From positions 39,000,001-39,064,000 of the forward strand of contig CM052817.1 in assembly GCA_028534125.1 (NCBI GenBank): 64,000 nucleotides of DNA, written 5' to 3'. Made by a program: the position numbers and the translations under genes. The stretch comes from Lama glama (Eukaryota). Positions 13,016 to 25,252 of this stretch are shown one piece after another. The stretch's first letter is position 1. Every line of letters begins with the position of its first letter. The notes under the pieces are model-generated. The model saw nothing but the letters and a program-made list of their open reading frames with translations, searched no databases and was not told where the DNA came from.

Positions 13016-13306
13016 ACAGCCACACCAGATGCAATGGAGTTTTCTGGGTTATATGCAGAATTATACCATTTATTCCATCTATCTATATCTTCCAATGAGT
13101 CTAGGAGATGATAAAGATGTGCTGTGGTGAATGACTTTGACTTTTCATATCTCCTTTTGGCCCCTCAGTTTCTTCATTATTAAAATGACAGTAATAATGT
13201 CCTTCTCATGGGTTCTGAGGAAGATTAAATGAGATACTACATGTGAAAATGCTTTGCAAACTTGACATATGTGAAAACACCTTCCAAACTGTCTAAATTT
13301 CTAAAA

Positions 13307-14131
13307 CAATGATTCTCAATGGGGACATTTGGCAAATCTGTGAGTGCTTTTCCCTTGTCAGATTGTTAGGGGCAATGCTGGCTGTTAATGCGCAGGGTCC
13401 AGGGAGGCTAGATGTCCTACAACGCCTGGGACATTTGTGCAAAAAGTAAAAATTTCAAGTCCCCCAATGGACATTTATGTAGATGAAAAACCTACTTATT
13501 ACTATTGAGCACAGAATGTACTCTGTTTTATACACGAAGTATTTTTATACGGTTTTGATAAACAATTATCCAGGAAAGTAACTTCCATGTAAATTAAAGG
13601 AAAAACATACTTTCTTTCATTTAAGTGTTATTTACCATTTCTGAAAATCAGCACACAAATGTCAATGTCACTAATAGTATTTAATACTCTTGAGGGGAGG
13701 TTATAGCTCAAAGTGGTAGGGTGCATGCTTAGCATGCACGAGGTCCTGGGTTCAATCCCCAGTACCTCCTCTAAAAATAAATAAGTAAATAAGCCTTATT
13801 ATAGCCCCCTGAAAGAAATTTAAAAAAAAATTAAAACTCTTTAATCAGCTTATATTTGCAGTGTTTGCATTTATCATGAATATATATATATGTCTGATTT
13901 TCTTCAGTGTAGGTGGTTCCTATTCATTTACATATTGAATTACATGTTATATTATTATAAATTATTTTCCATTTATTTTTCCTTTATGTTATAGTTCAGG
14001 CTGCATATTGATTTTTTAGGAAATCATGTGTATAGCTAGATATGAATAGCATTTCAGGGTAGTAAAAGAGCCATTCTCAAATATTTGCTGTAAAAAGGTA
14101 ATTCCAGTCTGAACAGGGTTGTGAACCACTG
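13307..14131. mobile_element. hAT-Charlie non-autonomous element (MER20B-like) containing a SINE
   Basis: Terminal inverted-repeat-like ends CAATGATTCTCAA (13307) and TGTGAACCACTG (to 14131); degenerate 8-bp flanks ttctaaaa/ttttaaac. Confidence 0.55.
13692..13831 (+). mobile_element. tRNA-Ala-derived SINE (Vic-1-like, long form)
   Basis: GGGGAGGTTATAGCTCAAAGTGGTAG...CTTAGCATGCACGAGGTCCTGGGTTCAATCCCCAGTACCTCC plus an A-rich tail; imperfect TSD taatactctt/taaaactctt. Confidence 0.9.
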
Positions 14132-15664
14132 TTTTAAACCAATGTGGTCCTTGTTGTCCCTGTTTGCTGTAGTCTCTTAACCCTATCAAAGAACTTTCCA
14201 TTTATGTGAAAAACACAAATCATCCCTCCTTATAGAACAGTAGTGCTCTCCTTCCCAAGGTGGGGCAATATTTCTGTGGTGAAAGGGAGAAACAGCTGGT
14301 CACCCAACCTAGACAGTCTAAGAGGGGCACAGATCTCCCTTTAATATTCTGGCCAAATATAGACAGTGGATTCGTACTTTCCAGCAGCAATTCCTAGACT
14401 ATGATAGAACATTTAAACAAAGCCTTACTAATAGCACAGGGAAAATAAAGCAAAAAAAGTGAGTATCATGAAACTAGATAAGCTACTTATACAATCTACT
14501 TGTCATCAATTTGGGGTTCCCTGTAGGATTTTCTTCTGCCTGGGATCAAGTTTGGCTTCCAAGCAGTTGTGCTTATATTTAACATCTACTTTAAAAGCAC
14601 CTTGGACAGCTTGAAATCCAAACCAAAACAAGGGACACTCTGAGTGAGATACATATTTTCTCTTTTCTAATATATTTAAGACCTGCCTTCAAGTATCTGC
14701 TTCTTTCCCAAGGACCTGCTCTTCCATTGGTAATTAAGACCAAGAAGGTCTACTTCATTTGAGTAAACTTCACCTCTGTATACACAGGCCTACAACCACT
14801 GCAAGATTGCCTTTACAAGTCAACTCTAGGAAAGATAAAACACTAAGTCTAGAGAGTCACTTGTTAGCATGACAAAGTGCCAGCTTAAAATAGAGAGTAA
14901 CTTACCCAAGATTACATCTAGGAGAGAGTAGAGCTTGAATCAGATAGGGTTGTTGAATCCAGGCTGATAAACAGTACATTCATTCTATCACTTCTGGCTG
15001 GTTGATAGCTGTGCCCTGTAGATTGTGAATAGCTTTAGTATCACTTCTATTTGAGTATTATTCCATAAAACCTAAAGTATACCAGGTAACTGGAGATTTT
15101 CTCTATGGCCAATGGGATAACCCACATCCTTGGCAATTTTGCAGGGTAAAATGGCCAGGATGACTGGTTTATTTTGAGGCTACCTGGTCCATTAAGAGCT
15201 TTTTAGAGCTATAATCTGGACCATCTGTGAAGCAAATCTATAAGTAACTACTCCGCTGTATTCAGGGAACAAAATTGTGAAGCTGAAGTCTGTGTATGCT
15301 AAAATTAAAAATTTTAAAGTTAAAAAGTAGCCTAAAACTGCTCTATTTACTTTTGAAATAAGGCCTAAAATTAAAAAAAAAATTTTAAAGTAACTAAAAT
15401 TAAAATTATTCTGAAACTTAAAAGATTTGCCTTGTGTGTAAACCAAGGCCTAATATTATTTTTAGGAATTAAAATTTTATTTGAATAACTTAAAAAAGAA
15501 TTCAACAAGCTCCATTATCCTTTTAAATGTTTTTCTTATCTAAGAAAATGTGAATTGTGTTTTTTTTTCTGTAATGGAATGTGTAAAATATTTACTTAAT
15601 ATTTACTTATCAATTTATAATATTCAGGTTGCTTCCCTATGCATTAAATTTTTTCTTTCAGTTA

Positions 15665-15895
15665 TCAGAGATGCAGTTTAACATAGTGGTTAAAAGTATG
15701 GACTCTGAAGCTAAACTACCTGGGGTTTTAAATCTCAGCTTCTCCAATTAGTAGCTGTATAATCTTAAGCAAGTTACTTAACTTTTCTATGCTTTAATTT
15801 CATTGTCCTTATAATTTCATCATCCTCATTCAGAGATGCAGAATTGTTGTTCAATAAACTCAGAATGGTAAATACTCAGTGTTAGCTATTGTTAA
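15665..15895 (+). mobile_element. MIR SINE (other MIR-like remnants near 110-290, 13110-13260, 33235-33450, 44290-44530, 54930-55150, 62620-62830)
   Basis: 'catagtggttaaaagtatggactctgaagc...aagcaagttacttaacttttctatgc' matches the MIR core. Confidence 0.7.
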
Positions 15896-17399
15896 TGTTA
15901 CTCTGTCATAACATTCTGAGAACTAGTGGTGAAGTGTCTGAGGATCTGAAGGGGTTAATAATAGGTGGGGAGAACCAGGGAAGGAACCTGGACGTTGGGG
16001 CACCTAGCCTCCCTGGAGGGCTATGTTCTGTGGGAGTAAGCTGCACCCAGGCCTTCTGACAGTGTGCAGGGGTCTTCACCCTTCACAGGAGACTAAGTCT
16101 GGGAGATTTCAGAACTTATCTGTACCTCCTTCAAAAGTGAATAAATCAGGTTATAAAAATAGGCTTAAGGATACACTATTATATAACCAATATGATCTCA
16201 ACCAATAAAACAAAACACAGAAAAAAGACTGCAGAAAAGACAGCAAGCAAATATGGCAAAGTAACAGAAGCGTCTGTCCCCTGAAGGTGGGATTATGGGT
16301 GACTCTTTGTGTTTATAATTCTCTCTACTTTACAAATGTTCTGTATTAAGCATAGTATTGTTTTGATAACTGGGAAAGAAAAGTAAAAAACTAAAATAAT
16401 TCCAATAAAAATTGACATCTGTTTTGTCCCAGTTGAGTCAAATGGAGTGCAACAAAGGGTAGGTGAGGAAGAAAGATTAAAATCTAAATGTTCATTGCAG
16501 AGGGCTTTCACTATCTGAATTAAAGCAAGAACTACCAGACCCACACACTTCATTTTATGAATTTGGCATTTCGGATGAAAATTGAGCAAATGTTAATCAG
16601 TGAGCACAGCAGTTGTGCAAAGGCAGATCGACCACCAAGAAAATAAATCTTTTACTTTTAACACAATCTGGCAGGCTTGTCTTTTCTAGACAGAATGAAT
16701 TGCTAAGTTTTTTCCACAAGAGGGCGATAACTGCTCAGGGTTTCTTCAAAAGGGACTGACCGACCCAGGCACTGTAAGCAAAGCAGCAAAGCAAATAGAA
16801 CAACGTTTTTCTTACCAAGGAATAAGGAGCTAGCTGCACACCTAAGGAGGCTGGAAGGGCCAATGCTGACACCCTCAGGCACACCCAAGTCAGAAACAAC
16901 AGCTTTCTTGCTTGCTTCATTCATTCATTTTTCAGTTTTATTAGGTAAAATTATTACAGTTTGACTGCATTAGAAACAATAGCTTTTAGCAGGCAGAGAG
17001 AGAAACTAGTTCATAGGTTCATTTAAAATTACTTAAATTATGTTCAAATGGACATTATTTATACAGGTATAAATTTTTCATGGCTGTTCACATCAGATAC
17101 TGTTTAATCTGGTGGTGAAACTGAACCAGCACTTTATTCTGCAAGGAAATTGTAGAAACTCACAGACATTTCTTCAAGCACACTATTCCACACCAGGATC
17201 CCAGTTTCCAGAACATGTCAAAGCAAGAGGGTTCCCTGGAAGTAAATGCATCTCTGCAGAAAATGCTTGGGGGCGTGGTGGTGGTGGGGATTATACGCCA
17301 TACATGTGCTTTCCTGAAGTTCAAGACTAGTTTTCTCTCTAGCAGGTCATTGGTGTTTTCTTGCATTTACGCTCATTCCTAAATCATGTTTTGACGTTG

Positions 17400-18595
17400 C
17401 AGTGATACTGGGCTTCAGTATTCTCCATCTTCTTGGACCTTTCAGAACCCTGTCTTCAGAGTGTACGTGTATCCCAGAAGAGTTCAGTGCGTATTCTGCA
17501 GTTGTGTACAGGAGTGTCATTCTGCCACTTTGAAGATCGCTGAGGAGGATCCTGGCTTGAGGTTCGAGGTCTTTTTGGTATCCGACGAGGCTGTCTACAC
17601 GGGTGGGTGGCTTCCGTCCAGCGTTTTGCGTTGGCCTCGGTTGCAGAGCAGGATCCCACAGTGCTCGTCTCCACCCAGCATTTGATGGCCCTTCTCTACC
17701 CCAATCCTTCCCAAGTAGTCTCGTTAATTCCTGGTCAGCAGAAGCGGCCAAGGGTCCAGTTCCCACCCCACCGCGTTTACAAGACACGCAAAGAGGTGCA
17801 GACAGCCATGCTCTCTCTCCTCCCCTGCTCTCCTCTGAGACTGAGTTGTTCCAAGACCGTGGACAGTCTTCTTTCTCCCTGACTTTCTACTTAGCCGCCG
17901 GCTCGACCCCTCGCTTAACAGGACCGTAAACCAAGCCCGCCTCCGGGTTCAGCCCAAAAAGGCCCCGCTTGTCCGCGGAAGTGGAGTTACTAAAGAAGTC
18001 ATCCAGACAATTCAAGCAAACACATTTTCGAGTGGGTTTCGGTCTGAAACACATACAAAATCCCTTCATCCTCCCCCCCCTCCTCTTGCAAGTATAGGAT
18101 TGGCTTTCTGTGGCCACACTCGAGTATCCTATTTGACGGTAATATATCTGGGGAAGAATAGTTATCATTCATGCCCGACAGACTGCTGAATTTAAGTACA
18201 CTTAGCTGAGATTTCATTTGCATTTCTCCTATGAATTACTCTGAATTCAGTGACTGCTCCTTCAATTTAAAACAGAAGTATCAAAATGCGGTAGGAGTTT
18301 CTGAGTCAAGGGTTAGACTGAGAGTAGGGTGATCAAGTGCGTGGCGCAGACCGAGTAACAGTAGGAGAAGGCTGAAAACAGTAACTTGAAAACTGGGGCC
18401 CTTATTCGTAGGCTTAAAGAAAATCTAGGGGTGGAGGAGGTGCGTTGTCTTCCTCACCCCTACCTAGCCCTTTTTGCAACCCCAAGATTTTGCCACACGG
18501 CTTTCATTTATTTTTCAATTAAAATGCAAATCATTCGCTTTCAACCACAGCCCCCATCTCTTTCTCTCCCTCTCTCTCTCTCTTTCTCTCTCTCC

Positions 18596-18636
<41 letters not shown>

Positions 18637-19820
18637 TTTGTGTGTATATGTATATACACAGACTGTTTAGAGATGCGTGGGGTGTGTCGCAACCACGTGT
18701 TACACGTTCCATTCCTACAGGTTGCTTAGAAATGCGGACTTTACTAGGTCGTAGACAGAATGGGTCCTGGGGGTTCCCGAGGGAAAGAAGTGAGGGAGAG
18801 AAGTCCTGACTCTCTAGGGCGTGTGTATGCGGTTTGTAAGATAGCCCGGACCAGAAACCCGCCTCCCTCATTTGCAACGGGATCTGCACATCCAGGACTC
18901 CGTTCTGAAGGTGGTTCTAGCTCGGCGGGGGCAGGGTAATCTCTCCCCGCGAGTGACAGGGGCAGCCCATCCCCTTCGAGGACGCCCCTCGCTCTCCCGG
19001 CTCCCAGCTGGAGACAGACGGAGCAGATCGATGACGGCCAGCACCATGCAGGAGGCACCGGCCTTCCTTCAGCTCCTGGTAGTGTGCATCTGGAATATAT
19101 CCTGCCCCACGCGGGATTCAGGCACCCAGGGTTCACCCCCGGGAATCGAGGTACATAGACCCCAGAATTTTTAAAACTGTTACATTTAAGAACAATGCTG
19201 CTATTTTAATTCTGCAATGTGAATGATAAGTAAAAGCAAAAGCTAGAGACTTCTTATTCGAAGTCTTTGCAACTATTTGCCAATGTCAGTTAACCCGGAA
19301 TTCGGTTGAGTTGAATCAGTCTCTCCTGGTGTCTGTCTATTTGTCTGTCTCTCTGATTTTGCTCTGTCTCTCTCCCCTACCCACTCCATATCAGATACTA
19401 AATTTAAAATAGAAAAACGGTCAAGTCTTTCCCAGGTCATACACTGTTTACATGAAATAAAGTGGGGGGGGTCGCTTTTTGAAATTGGAATCTTTGGAGA
19501 TGGCTGGCCTCCTTTCCTTTATATTCCTACCTAATCCTTGAGAATGCGGTGTGAGGAATGCCAGGGATGTGAGGAAGTCGCTATTGGCCGACGCGCTGGG
19601 TCCAGGCAAAAGGTTGTGTGTCATCACCGGGTTGCAGTCCCCCGAGGAGAGAAAAAGTTTCGTTTTTAACGAATCGAGAAGCAGAGGGCCCCAAAACTCA
19701 GGCCAGGGCCGGGCTACACGCGCCACCCTCCTGCCCCAGTCTCCCGGCTGAAGTGCAGGGCGCTGGGGTTTAGACCCACAGATCAAAAGAGCATCCTCGA
19801 GGGGAAATTCAGTGGGCCCC
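17400..19820. promoter_or_regulatory. Upstream CpG-rich shoulder of the NKX6-1 domain
   Basis: Patches of visibly retained CpG (17560-18050, 18670-19150, 19540-19810) against CpG-depleted flanks. Confidence 0.6.
18555..18632. repeat. (CT)n(CA)n compound microsatellite
   Basis: Read directly. Confidence 0.95.
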
Positions 19821-21239
19821 CACATCAGCTCTCTTCTTGCCTTAATCAGCGTAATTCACATTGAGGAAGGGCTTCACCTTCCCCCAGGTCAGATTCTAAG
19901 TCTATGAAGAGGTGGGTTAAGCCCAGTCTCGAAATTAATGACAAAAGGTGGAGCAAGAAGGGGTCCAAATAAGAACGTTACTTTTATCTCAAAACTGAAT
20001 AATAAAAGTGGTAAAAGAAACAAAGAAACAAGAACTCCCGCAAACTCAGGCTCAAGTTGCTACTCTTAAAAGATCAGTGCTTTGGAAACAAAGATTATCA
20101 AAGCGGAATAAGTCCTCTTGCTTTTTGGCGCTTGGGCGCGTGAGTGCTTTGGCACTCATAGCTACTCTATCCATGGGTGGTGCCCCTCAAATTTTATTCT
20201 TGAGCTATTTACTTCTATTTCCTGCGAATTAAGTTTGGACTTAATGATCTCAACCAAGTTGCTCTAGTGACTAGATGTTACTTTAACATCTTGGCATCTC
20301 AAAATTTGGCAAAGGTCTTCCTTCCCGCGAACACAGCTCAACTCTACCGAGAATTTAATGACCGCCAGGGATGGGAGAAATTGAAAGGGAATAAGGGAAA
20401 CCACCTTTCAGTTCCTTAACCCTAGACATACTATCACCACAGCCAGAAACTGGGGCATCTCCATCTCCCTAAAAAACCCTGGACGGCAGGGGCCAGAGTT
20501 TCGGAGACCGTTTTCAAAAACTTACCTTTGAGTGAGAGTACCCAGATAGTTTTGTATCTAAAGACTCCACCTCAATTCTGGTGACTCTGCCCCAGTAAAA
20601 TTCAAAACAATAATCACAGGGGGAGAATAATTTCTTTTTTTTTAAAGTCACTTCTCACAGATCTAAATATCACACGAGAAATAAATGTTCCTAATTAGCT
20701 GGTTTAGTTCCCTAAGAATTGGATAAACCTATAAATGATAACATGGTGGGGGGAACTCAGGAATAAAAAGAAAGTGAAGGAGAAAGCAGAGAAGGAAAGC
20801 GGGAGATTGTAAAGATAGAAAAGAGCGATCCTTCGGTCTACAAAGGGATTAAGGACATCTATAAGGCTTAAGGAGCAACAAATTAATTTACACAATTCTG
20901 GGAGAGCCCAGATGGCCTTTAATTAATCCTTTCAAAAGAAGGAGCTAGGCCAGGGCTGCGCCGGCTGCCTGCTCCATTAGCTCCATTTTACAAGGGACCA
21001 GACTCTGTCCGAGGTGAGGCGTCGTGAGCTCGTGGGGGAGGGGGGCAGGGTAACGGAGCGGGAGAGGGGGTGGCGAGGGAAGAATATGAACTGCTTTTCC
21101 ATAAAAGGGCTGGGTTTTCATTATTCTTCTCTTTAAAAAGTAATACCCTCTTCGTCTCTGCTCCCCCCTCCCCTTTCTCATTTTATTTAACACAATTAAT
21201 TGAGGCGTCCACTGGCCCAGCCGCGGAACCGCACCACTC

Positions 21240-21490
21240 GCCAGGCCCCGCCCCCTGGCCCCACCCACAGAAGGGATGGAAGTGGGAGGGGGCGGGGACC
21301 AGGCGGGCGCGGCTCTACGGCTCGCCCTCGTCAGCCAATCAGAGAGCGCGGCGCTCTCGAGTGGGCGTGACCTGGAGGCGACGCGAGTCCCAAGGCTGAG
21401 CGCTATTGGAGACAGTGGTTACGCCCCCGGCCTGCACCCGGCTCCTCGACCCCGCCCTTCCCGGCCGCCTTGGAGTGACGTCCTTCAAAG
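21240..21490 (+). promoter_or_regulatory. NKX6-1: Likely TATA-less NKX6-1 core/proximal promoter
   Basis: GC boxes near 21246, 21288 and 21450; CCAAT at 21335-21339 and inverted ATTGG at 21405-21409; GTGACGT (CRE-like) near 21475. The TSS itself cannot be read from sequence. Confidence 0.65.
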
Positions 21491-22641
21491 TTCTCATTTT
21501 GGACCCCCACTTCCCCCTCCCTTTCGTCCCCCAGCTAAAGAGGGGTAGGGAGTGATGCAAATGTTTTATTACCTTTGAGAGCTTCATCTGAACTGTCAGG
21601 TCCGGAGGGAGAAAGGAGAGGAGAGAGAGGGAGTGGAAGAGCTGCGAAGAGGGTCAGCTTGGCCAGAGGACAGGACTTAGAAGAGCGAAGCCTGTAGAGC
21701 CGCGAAGAAAATGCAAGAGAAGGGAGGCAAAGGCGGAGAGTGAGAGGAAGAGAGGGCGCTGGGGGGTGGGGCGGGGGTCGCCAGGGCCGTTTGCAGAAGT
21801 GAACAGACGAGTGGAGCCACAACCGAAGTCGTCAGACTTTTCATACTTAGTCTTTGTTTTTCTGTGTCTTTCCCCTCCTTTTTCTTTTCAACATTGCAAC
21901 TCTAGTGCCCCGTGGCCCAGAGGGGAAGGCAGGTCGGTGCGCCGAATCCGAGAACCGCGGGGATTGGTGGCACTGCCCTTTCTGGCGCAGCAGTCTCTGG
22001 CAGCGCTGGCAGAGGAAGCCCGCCCAAGAGCCAGATCCTCCCGCATGCTGGATGCGCCCTTTCCCCGCGCGCTCCCAGCGCCCAGTGCAAATCAATCTCG
22101 TGGCCGAAAGACCAGGGCATACAAATAAGACCGGAGGAGAGCATCGGGCGAAACCTGGCGTCCTTTGAACCTTCCTAAAGAAAGCGAACCAGCCCCTACC
22201 CTCCCACATTAAAGCGGAGATTCGGTGACTCGTAACTTTGTTACAAACTCTCTGGGGCCGGCCTGGGTTTTGTTTTGCTTATTTCCGGGGGAGAGAAGAT
22301 GAGAAGTAGCGCACTTTGAGCGGCAAGGAAAAAGTGAAGCAGAGAGAAGAGACCGAGATTTAATCCAGGACTCTAGAAGAGAAAGGACCGCCAAACCCAC
22401 TCGGACTCTCTCTGGTCTCGGCGAGGAACTGCCTCTCGACTGGTGTGTTTGGACATTACTGCTGCGCAGCTCCGAGAGCAGCTCTCGGCGGCGGCATTCT
22501 CGGCCCAGTTGGCAGGTCGCCTCCGAGTGCGCGGAGCGACTCCTCGCTTGCGCTCTTGGCGCTTCTCGCTTCCCTGAGCCCCGCCGGGGGCACCGGCCGG
22601 CGCCCTCGCTGCGTGGCTGCGGGCTCCGGCCTGGCCGTGGG

Positions 22642-23311
22642 ATGTTAGCGGTGGGGGCGATGGAGGGCACCCGGCAGAGCGCGTTCCTGCTCAGCAGCCC
22701 GCCCCTGGCTGCCCTTCACAGTATGGCAGAAATGAAGACCCCGCTGTACCCCGCTGCGTACCCCCCGCTGCCCGCCGGCCCCCCCTCCTCCTCATCCTCC
22801 TCGTCCTCCTCGTCGTCGCCTTCTCCGCCTTTGGGCGCCCACAACCCAGGCAGCCTGAAGCCCCCTGCGGCGGGGGGGCTCTCGTCCCTAGGCAGCCCCC
22901 CACAGCAGCTCTCGGCCGCCACCCCACACGGCATCAACGACATCCTGAGCCGGCCCTCCATGCCCGTGGCCTCCGGGGCCGCCCTGCCCTCCGCCTCGCC
23001 CTCCGGTTCTTCCTCCTCCTCTTCCTCGTCCACCTCTGCTTCCTCCGCCTCGGCCGCGGCAGCCGCGGCCGCGGCCGCTGCGGCCGCCGCCTCATCCCCC
23101 GCGGGGCTGCTGGCTGGCCTGCCCCGTTTCAGCAGCCTGAGCCCGCCGCCGCCGCCGCCCGGGCTCTACTTCAGCCCCAGCGCCGCGGCTGTGGCCGCCG
23201 TGGGTCGGTACCCCAAGCCACTAGCCGAGCTGCCCGGTCGGACACCTATCTTCTGGCCAGGAGTGATGCAAAGCCCGCCCTGGAGGGACGCACGCCTGGC
23301 CTGCACCCCTC
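22642..23311 (+). CDS. NKX6-1: NK6 homeobox 1, coding exon 1 (223 codons + 1 nt)
   Basis: [37 protein letters not shown]... with poly-Ser, the eh1/TN motif [12 protein letters not shown], a 13-Ala tract (23053-23091) and poly-Pro; donor GTGAGT at 23312. Confidence 0.98.
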
Positions 23312-24955
23312 GTGAGTACTATTGCTCGCACCCAGTTGTGCTTGTTCTGCCCGCTCTCAGGTCACGGCCCCTGGTGTGCGTGCGGATCGGTCCACTCTTT
23401 TGCCTCCGGAGTAGTTTGGCAGCTCCGGAATTGCAAGATTTAGGTTGGGCCAGGACGTTAGCGAGGGATTCTCGCTTTCCTGAGCTCGCGTGGTTGCGTG
23501 CAAGCGCCACCCGCTCCCCAAGTCTTGGGCACTCCTCGCGGAGCGGGTGTGCATGCGTCTCCGTGGAGCACAACGTGGTGCGGGGTATGTGTCTCATACG
23601 AGGCAGGGACTGCTCCCGGAACAGCCTGGCCAGATCCGCAGGCCTGGCCTGGGTTAAAGCGGTAGGGTGGGCAGGAGAGGCTACTGCGTCCCGCCCGCAT
23701 CCCTGCTTTCCTGGCTCCTGTCTGAGTGCTGAAGTCCCGCTTGACCTACACCAGACTAACTGGCCTCCTCTCTGCGAACCGGACGGGCAGCGGCGAGCCC
23801 TCCACAGCCCCGGGCCGAGCGCATGTATTTGCATGCACGTCTCCGCCCAGGGTGTCCCCACCTCACCTCCTCGCTCTCGCCCCTTGAGTACGCTCAGCCT
23901 GGGTGAGCCCACTGAAGACAAGTCCGCAGCCCGCGGCGGAGGGTGAGCACGGAGTCACTTCGGGCGGCTCCCCAGCGCTAGACCCTCGCTTTCCCACTTG
24001 CCTCCATCTCGGGGGTGGGGGTGGGGGGTGGTGAGTGGGGCGGGACGCCCTGGGCCTGGACGTATTGAGGGGCATCGTTGCTCTCAACATCCCAACCCGA
24101 GAAAGAACCGTAGGAAGAACGAGGTGATAGAACAAGGTTGGGAGGATGCAGCATCCCGCAGAGATCTTGCTTGAAACCAACTGAGTTAACCCAGGATCAC
24201 GATAGTCTTCCAGAGTATTGGCCACCGCACCGCAGAGGCTCTCATCCTCCCGGTGGCATCTGGGGCTCAGCCCCGGCTCCTTTTTTCTCTCTGTTCTTTG
24301 CTTTTGACTGAGTCCCTGAAGTTTCTTCGAAGTCTCCGGATCTCTTTAAGCGGCAGTAACTGAGGGAAGTTCGGGGAGCCAAGTAGAGGCTCACTTGGGA
24401 AGCCTTGGGGATGGAGGGCGGTCAGGACAGATGAGGGTGTCGGGGAGACGCTATTGTACTCGTTTAGATGGCCACGTAGGGACTGCCAACAAAGACGGCG
24501 CCCCTTCCCCCTCGACCGCAGCGACGTTAGACTTGGGGGCGATTTAGCTCTCTTGTGTTCCAAAAACAAGGCACCCTTTGTTGCGCAGGCACAGGTTAGG
24601 AAAGCGTTCAAGGAACAAAACTAGTCATCCTTAAGCAAAGGCCCCGGAACCCAGCAAGCACCAACTAAATTAGGCACTCCTAATTTCCCTCAATACTTAT
24701 CAGTTTACTGGGGCCTAGCGAGTCGCCCTGGCAAAGTTTAGCAATGTACTCTCTCGCTGTTGGACATCGTTGTTGGGCAGTTATTTCCTGCTGCTACAAA
24801 CACACTGGGCTTTTAAAAAACAGGTGGCCGTAAAAAGGCAAAGGAAGACATGCAGTGAGGCTGGAAGCGCCAGGACATCTCTGGTGCCCGCCACGGAATA
24901 AGCTTTCTCCCCCCCCAAAAACATTGTTTTCTTGAGTTCATTTCTTTTCAGTTGA

Positions 24956-25252
<297 letters not shown>

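Noticed and set aside
15295..15420. Repeated CTAAAATTAAAA units (also short duplications at 3220-3252 and 49985-50023)
   Set aside because: Low-complexity slippage duplications; no regular repeat-spacer structure, so not CRISPR-like
17849..17870. REST/RE1-like site (CAAGACCGTGGACAG)
   Set aside because: Two mismatches in the left half and a poor 3' tail relative to TTCAGCACCACGGACAGCGCC
17347..17929. 146-aa and 108-aa ORFs upstream
   Set aside because: Non-ATG starts and no recognisable protein family
22642..23946. 434-aa single-exon protein from the ORF track
   Set aside because: NKX6-1 similarity ends at the GTGAGT donor at 23312; the rest is GC-rich intron read-through
22209..24225. Antisense ORFs of 100-200 aa over exon 1 and intron 1
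   Set aside because: Expected shadow ORFs in stop-poor GC-rich DNA; no recognisable domain
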